From: an uncultured Bacteroidales bacterium
GTDB lineage: Bacteria; Bacteroidota; Bacteroidia; Bacteroidales; UBA932
Length of the DNA: 64,000 bases
Assembly: GCA_946415345.1 (NCBI GenBank)
Contig: CAMKRY010000001.1
Location: 2,115-66,114 of the forward strand
Reading direction: 5' to 3'
The notes under the pieces: model-generated
The model's input: only the letters and a program-made list of their open reading frames with translations
The model's database searches: none
What the model was told of the DNA's origin: nothing
Program-made: the position numbers and the translations under genes
Shown: positions 59,756 to 64,000 of the stretch, piece after piece
Numbering within the stretch: the first letter of the stretch is position 1
How the letters are laid out: each line of letters starts with the position of its first letter

Positions 59756-61066
59756 TTAGTTAAACGTGAAGCGCACGCCGAAGAAGAACTCCGGCGCAAA
59801 CGGATGCTCGGAATACGCGTTTTCCAGTTCACTGCCGTTCGGAATATGCCAGCTGAAAGCCGGCTGGAGGAAGAAACTGAATCCCGGCAGCAGGTCCAGC
59901 TGCGCACCGGCACCGGCCTGCAGCGACCAGCGGTTGTCCTTGATGCGGGTCCGGTCGGTCTGATAGTCCCGGTTGTCACCGAGCGTCTGAAGCGTTGTCG
60001 TCCGTGTCCGGTAGGCGGTCTCGAACATGGGACCGGCCAATCCGTACAGGCTGAATCCCTTATGCCACCAGATCTTGTACTGTGCGTGCAGCGGGAAGCC
60101 GATATAATGCATGTCCCTTTCCGTCGTCGACTTCGCCAGGCCGCTTTCGCTGGCATAACTGGACTTCAGCTTTGTGAAGTAAAGACCACTCTCCATGCTC
60201 CAGCGACGGCCGATCGAAGCGCCGAAGGTAATGCCGAATCGCGAGGATCTTTGATGGACCGCATCGGTTACGCTCGGTTTGTTCCGGCTCAGCATCATCG
60301 GGTTGAGTCCCGCCGTCGTCCCAGCCGCCCGCATCATCGGCATGCCCGGATACGTCACCGGCAGGCCATATCCCGTCATCGTCCGCGACACATCCTGCGC
60401 CAGATACTGGCCCGTCGCCACCCCCGCCTTCAACTTCACCTCCGTCGGCTTCCGTACCTTATTATTCTTATTGCCTGTCACGGTCTCCTCCTTCCAGAAA
60501 TCGCTCTCATCTACCTTCTGCTCTTCTTTCTGTTCATTTCTCTCCTCCTCTTCCTTTTTTCCTTCTTCTGCTACGGTATTTTTATCAATAATAATATCAT
60601 TGTTGTCAATCTCACTACCGGTGAGCGATGAATCGGGAGTTGGCGATGAACCATCAGCAGGCGTGTCCACCCCCGGAGAAACACCCCAAGAATCGGAGAT
60701 TCTCGGGGGCCCCGTTATGCCAACCCTTCGGTCGTCGGGTTGAGTGAGCGAAGCGAGCGAATCCTGCTGATGGTTTATCGGCAGTTCCTCTTCGCTCTCC
60801 GGATTGTCGTGGACGTCGACAACTGCCAGAGATTTCTCAACTTCACTCGAAATGACAGTGTGGTCCTTGCGGAAAAGGAACACGCCGACGGCGACGCAGG
60901 CCGCGGCGGCAAGGGCGGCTGCCCCGTACCACCACCACGCTGCGGCGGCTTTCCTGCGTTTGGGTACCATGGCCCCCTGGACTGCGTCCCACAGTCCTTC
61001 GGGTTCCGCTTCGGTGTAGCCCTCGAAGAGCTCCGGAAGCTGGTCTGTCCAATTGTTTTTACTCAT
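59756..61066 (-). CDS. putative dual-membrane-spanning anti-sigma factor
   Basis: Short N-terminal domain (EPEGLWDAV), TM helix, long low-complexity linker, C-terminal beta-barrel ending GVRFTFN; overlaps the ECF sigma stop. Confidence 0.72.
   Translation of the reverse strand: MSKNNWTDQLPELFEGYTEAEPEGLWDAVQGAMVPKRRKAAAAWWWYGAAALAAAACVAVGVFLFRKDHTVISSEVEKSLAVVDVHDNPESEEELPINHQQDSLASLTQPDDRRVGITGPPRISDSWGVSPGVDTPADGSSPTPDSSLTGSEIDNNDIIIDKNTVAEEGKKEEEERNEQKEEQKVDESDFWKEETVTGNKNNKVRKPTEVKLKAGVATGQYLAQDVSRTMTGYGLPVTYPGMPMMRAAGTTAGLNPMMLSRNKPSVTDAVHQRSSRFGITFGASIGRRWSMESGLYFTKLKSSYASESGLAKSTTERDMHYIGFPLHAQYKIWWHKGFSLYGLAGPMFETAYRTRTTTLQTLGDNRDYQTDRTRIKDNRWSLQAGAGAQLDLLPGFSFFLQPAFSWHIPNGSELENAYSEHPFAPEFFFGVRFTFN
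60644..60780. mobile_element. ~137-bp nested hairpin element in frame in the anti-sigma linker
   Basis: IR CGATGAACCATCAGCAGG / CCTGCTGATGGTTTATCG; AGGCGTGTCCACCCCCGGA identical to 5814-5832. Confidence 0.75.
60830..60857 (-). repeat. REP type A in frame in the anti-sigma gene
   Basis: Minus strand TGTCATTTCGAGTGAAGTTGAGAAATCT, 23/28 to 2570-2597; encodes VISSEVEKS. Confidence 0.72.
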
Positions 61067-61655
61067 AGTCGTGTTCCTTTATATAGGCTTTGATCTTTTT
61101 GGCAAGCGTATTGCGTGCGCGGAAAAACTGCGATGCGGAGGAATCCTCCTTGATGCCGAGCAGCGCGGCTATCTCCTTGTGTGACTTCTTCTCGAAGACG
61201 AAGAGGTTGAAGACCGCCCGGTAGCCGTCCGGCAGCTCCCGGATCATTTCCTGCAGCACGGCCGGGGGTATTTTCGGCAGGCTGGAAATCTCCTCCTCAT
61301 CCTCCCTGTCGTCGGGCAGGTCGTCGACGTATTTCATCTTCCCTGCTCCCCGGAGCGCCTTGAGGCTGTCGTTGACGACAATCCGCGTCACCCAGGCGCG
61401 GACGCTCCCCTCTCCCCGGTACTCGAACTCCCCTATCTTTCCGAAAATGCGGACGAAACTCTCCTGCAGGACATCCTTGACGGCGTCCCGGTCGACGATG
61501 TACCGGCTGCATACAGCGGTCAAATACCCCACGTACCGCTCATAGAAGAGACGTGTACCTGAGGCATCCCCGCTGCGGACCTGTTCCAACAGCTGCTTCT
61601 CGTCAATACCTCCCTGCGTAGGGGAAGCGGCGGGATTGAATCTGACCTGCGTCAT
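61059..61655 (-). CDS. ECF RNA polymerase sigma factor
   Basis: DVLQESF, W..RIVVN region 2; LPDGYRAVFNL..SHKEIA region 4; start uncertain. Confidence 0.92.
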   Translation of the reverse strand: MTQVRFNPAASPTQGGIDEKQLLEQVRSGDASGTRLFYERYVGYLTAVCSRYIVDRDAVKDVLQESFVRIFGKIGEFEYRGEGSVRAWVTRIVVNDSLKALRGAGKMKYVDDLPDDREDEEEISSLPKIPPAVLQEMIRELPDGYRAVFNLFVFEKKSHKEIAALLGIKEDSSASQFFRARNTLAKKIKAYIKEHDYE

Positions 61656-62361
61656 TCGTCCATTTGAGGGTCACAGTCGTATTCTCCGGGTCATTCGGTC
61701 GGGGCAAAACGTCCTGCAGGTCGTAGCAGACCAGGGCGTCGGCCTGGAAGGATTTCGGGTCTCGGTTAGCGTTATGCACCAGCAGCAGTTCGTAGGGATC
61801 CTCCGGATTCGTGCCGGTTACGAGGCGAAGCTCGTGCCGCCGGGGTTCGTATCCCCACCAGGTCTGGAAATGAAGCGTCAGGAAGCCGTCTTCCAGACTC
61901 GTCATCCAGTCGGCGAGCACATCCACGCCGTCTTTCCCCTCACCGCATTCACTCAAGACCGGCCCCTTCTCGATAAAGTCGAACCAATCCAGCAGGCCAT
62001 AATACCCGAGGTCATTGACCTGACGGTCCATGATGACGGCCTCGCCGACGATGCGGCAGGGGCAGTCGGGCTCGATATGGCAGAGGTCCTTGAAATTGGC
62101 GGGATAGACCCGCGTCTTGTCATCAACCTGGAGATAATACTCCCCTGCTTCGGTCTGGTGGAGCGTCGCAATGATGAGGATGCTCTGACCCGCCTCATCC
62201 AGGGGGGTCTGGGGCTCGTAGTCAGTCTTCTGATTATCTTCGGATTTGGGGCCTGGATCGTAGAAGGCGTCTTCGCCCTTGGAGCAGGCGGAGACGGCCA
62301 GAATGGCGGCTGCGAGTAGAAGATAGAATGCTTTTTTCACGTTGTTGCTGCTTGATACCAT
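61603..62361 (-). CDS. NigD-like lipoprotein
   Basis: Lipobox VSAC; DGVDV..DWMT..EDGFLTLHF..WG, L.HNA..D. Confidence 0.75.
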   Translation of the reverse strand: MVSSSNNVKKAFYLLLAAAILAVSACSKGEDAFYDPGPKSEDNQKTDYEPQTPLDEAGQSILIIATLHQTEAGEYYLQVDDKTRVYPANFKDLCHIEPDCPCRIVGEAVIMDRQVNDLGYYGLLDWFDFIEKGPVLSECGEGKDGVDVLADWMTSLEDGFLTLHFQTWWGYEPRRHELRLVTGTNPEDPYELLLVHNANRDPKSFQADALVCYDLQDVLPRPNDPENTTVTLKWTNDAGQIQSRRFPYAGRY

Positions 62362-62427
62362 TGGCTAAATCCACGAATCTCGCGAATCTTGCATAGCCTG
62401 GGCCAAAAACAATGCAGGGATAATAAG

Positions 62428-62461
62428 AAAAAAGGCCTCCACCGAAGGAGGTGAAGGCCCT
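62428..62461 (-). terminator. intrinsic terminator
   Basis: GGCCTCCACC/GGTGAAGGCC stem with T-run on the minus strand after the 62481 gene. Confidence 0.6.
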
Positions 62462-62480
62462 TTAAGAGAAATCGCTTGGA

Positions 62481-63113
62481 TTAGAGAACGTAAGCGACAC
62501 CGAATTTGAACTGGCCAGGGTTCGTGTATTTGGCATCATTGATATCGCCCTTGTAGAGATTCAACAGACCAAAGTCGTAGCCGACGCGGATCTGGAATTT
62601 GCCGCCGAATTCGATACCGGCACCGATGCCGACCAGCACGTTGAAACGACCGAGCTGACCATCATAATCGGAATCATACAGATTCGCGGTATGGGTAACA
62701 CCGCCGGCTTCGGTTTTGACCTTGTTGCTGAGACCGAACTGGAAGGCAGGGCCCAGGAGGCCAAAGATGTTCAGGTCGCCGTCGAGCTCATAAGTATACT
62801 TGAAGTTGACCGGAACCTGGAGGGCAATCATTGTCTGCTTGGCGTCGTTGTCATCTTTGCCGAAACCGAACTGGGCAAAAACACCCGGCTCGAGGCCGAG
62901 CCCGTCCGTGATGGAACTGAGATCAAGGCCATACGTCGCACCGGCATAGAATCCGTCGAGGTTGTCGGTGCCAGTAGCCGTAACACCCATAACGGTTGCT
63001 TCGCCTTTGAACGTGCTGCTGAGATAACCCGCACCGACGGCGAGCTGGGCGAAAGCCTCGCTGCCAATGAGCATCAGGGCTGCGCCGAGAACGATAGAAT
63101 AAATCTTTTTCAT
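62481..63113 (-). CDS. outer-membrane beta-barrel (PorT/porin-like) protein
   Basis: Signal peptide AFA-Q, LQVPV, GYDFGL, C-terminal GVAYVL. Confidence 0.8.
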   Translation of the reverse strand: MKKIYSIVLGAALMLIGSEAFAQLAVGAGYLSSTFKGEATVMGVTATGTDNLDGFYAGATYGLDLSSITDGLGLEPGVFAQFGFGKDDNDAKQTMIALQVPVNFKYTYELDGDLNIFGLLGPAFQFGLSNKVKTEAGGVTHTANLYDSDYDGQLGRFNVLVGIGAGIEFGGKFQIRVGYDFGLLNLYKGDINDAKYTNPGQFKFGVAYVL

Positions 63114-63194
63114 AATAAAATATTGAATAAAAAAACTTTGTCCTTGCGTTTATCAAAGACAAAGTTATAAATAAATGACAAAAAAGCAAAATGC

Positions 63195-63743
63195 TTATTG
63201 CTCTTTGATGATATCCATGCCGAGGCGGATGGCCTCTTCATTCATCGGGATGAGGTGGTGGTGCCGCTCCGGAAGGGTCTTGCGGAGGGCCTTCAGGACG
63301 CTTTCGATGGAAACGATCGGGTGGACCTTCAGCAGGCCGCCGAGGACGACCATGTTGAAGACCTTGATCATGTTCATCTCCGCGGCCTTGTCCATGGCGT
63401 CGATGCGGTAGACATGGATGTCCTTTCTGGTCGGCGGGACATTGATGCCGTAGCCGTCATAGATGAGCGTGCCGCCGGGCTTGACCTTGGACTCGAACTT
63501 CTCCAGCGAGGGCTGGTTCAGGACGATGGCGGTATCGTAAGAGGAGAGGATCGGCGAGGAGACGGGCTCGTCGCTGACGATGACGGTCACGTTGGCCGTA
63601 CCGCCGCGCTGCTCGGGGCCGTACGCCGGCATCCAGGTCACTTCCTTATCTTCCATCAGGCCGCTGTAGGCCAGGATCTTTCCCATCGAGAGGACACCCT
63701 GTCCTCCGAAGCCGGATATGATGATTTCGTGTGTCATAGCCAT
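63195..63743 (-). CDS. 2-oxoacid:ferredoxin oxidoreductase gamma subunit
   Basis: SGFGGQGV, YGPEQRGG, NMVVLG, MNEEAI. Confidence 0.9.
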   Translation of the reverse strand: MAMTHEIIISGFGGQGVLSMGKILAYSGLMEDKEVTWMPAYGPEQRGGTANVTVIVSDEPVSSPILSSYDTAIVLNQPSLEKFESKVKPGGTLIYDGYGINVPPTRKDIHVYRIDAMDKAAEMNMIKVFNMVVLGGLLKVHPIVSIESVLKALRKTLPERHHHLIPMNEEAIRLGMDIIKEQ

Positions 63744-63745
63744 TC

Positions 63746-64000
63746 TTATTTACCGTTGTCCTTGAGGTCGCCGAGCGGGTAGAACGGGACCATGTTCTCT
63801 TTCATCCACTGGTTGGCCTTGTCCGGGGACATGCGCCAGTTGGTGTTGCAGGTGGAGACGATTTCCACGAGGTTCGAGCCCTTGCCCTGCATCGAATACT
63901 CGAAGGCTTTGCGGAGGGCTTTCTTCGCCTTGAGGATGGAGGCGACGGATTCGACGCTCTGGCGCGTGACATAGCACGTTCCCTCGAGCTGTGCGGCGAT
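63746..64000 (-). CDS. 2-oxoacid:ferredoxin oxidoreductase beta subunit, 3' part
   Basis: Frame ...KKALRKAFEYSMQGKGSNLVEIVSTCNTNWRMSPDKANQWMKENMVPFYPLGDLKDNGK*. Confidence 0.85.
   Translation of the reverse strand: MAAQLEGTCYVTRQSVESVASILKAKKALRKAFEYSMQGKGSNLVEIVSTCNTNWRMSPDKANQWMKENMVPFYPLGDLKDNGK

Overview
High-GC Bacteroidales chromosomal segment (many TAnnTTTG promoters, lipoproteins and outer-membrane beta-barrels) made mostly of housekeeping genes: ABC-F, pepC-like, proC, queA, pyrD-like, cinA, mscS, cysteate synthase, GH13, trmH-like, tamL/tamB, rarA, rlmD, M6 protease, PPi-PFK, ligA, relA, ispG, dapD/dapA, manA, tsaD, ettA, mtaB, a nigD-ECF sigma-dual-membrane anti-sigma operon and 2-oxoacid oxidoreductase subunits. 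No transposase, integrase, CRISPR-Cas or prophage gene is visible. Main signals: (1) short GTCAT...ATCT REP-like hairpins and larger 90-250 nt nested-hairpin elements occur between genes and also in frame inside queA, ispG, mtaB and the anti-sigma gene, and the large elements share a core but have locus-specific terminal inverted repeats; (2) a tRNA-Pro with the rare A34 anticodon AGG; (3) a PyrD homologue that keeps FMN-binding residues but has lost the catalytic and substrate residues; (4) four paralogous small secreted helical proteins; (5) a probable dif site plus AT-rich islands with shared motifs near an XRE-HTH gene; (6) a small promoter-hairpin-terminator unit convergent on a nuclease-like gene remnant. 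All calls come from reading the sequence and recalled family motifs; no searches were run.
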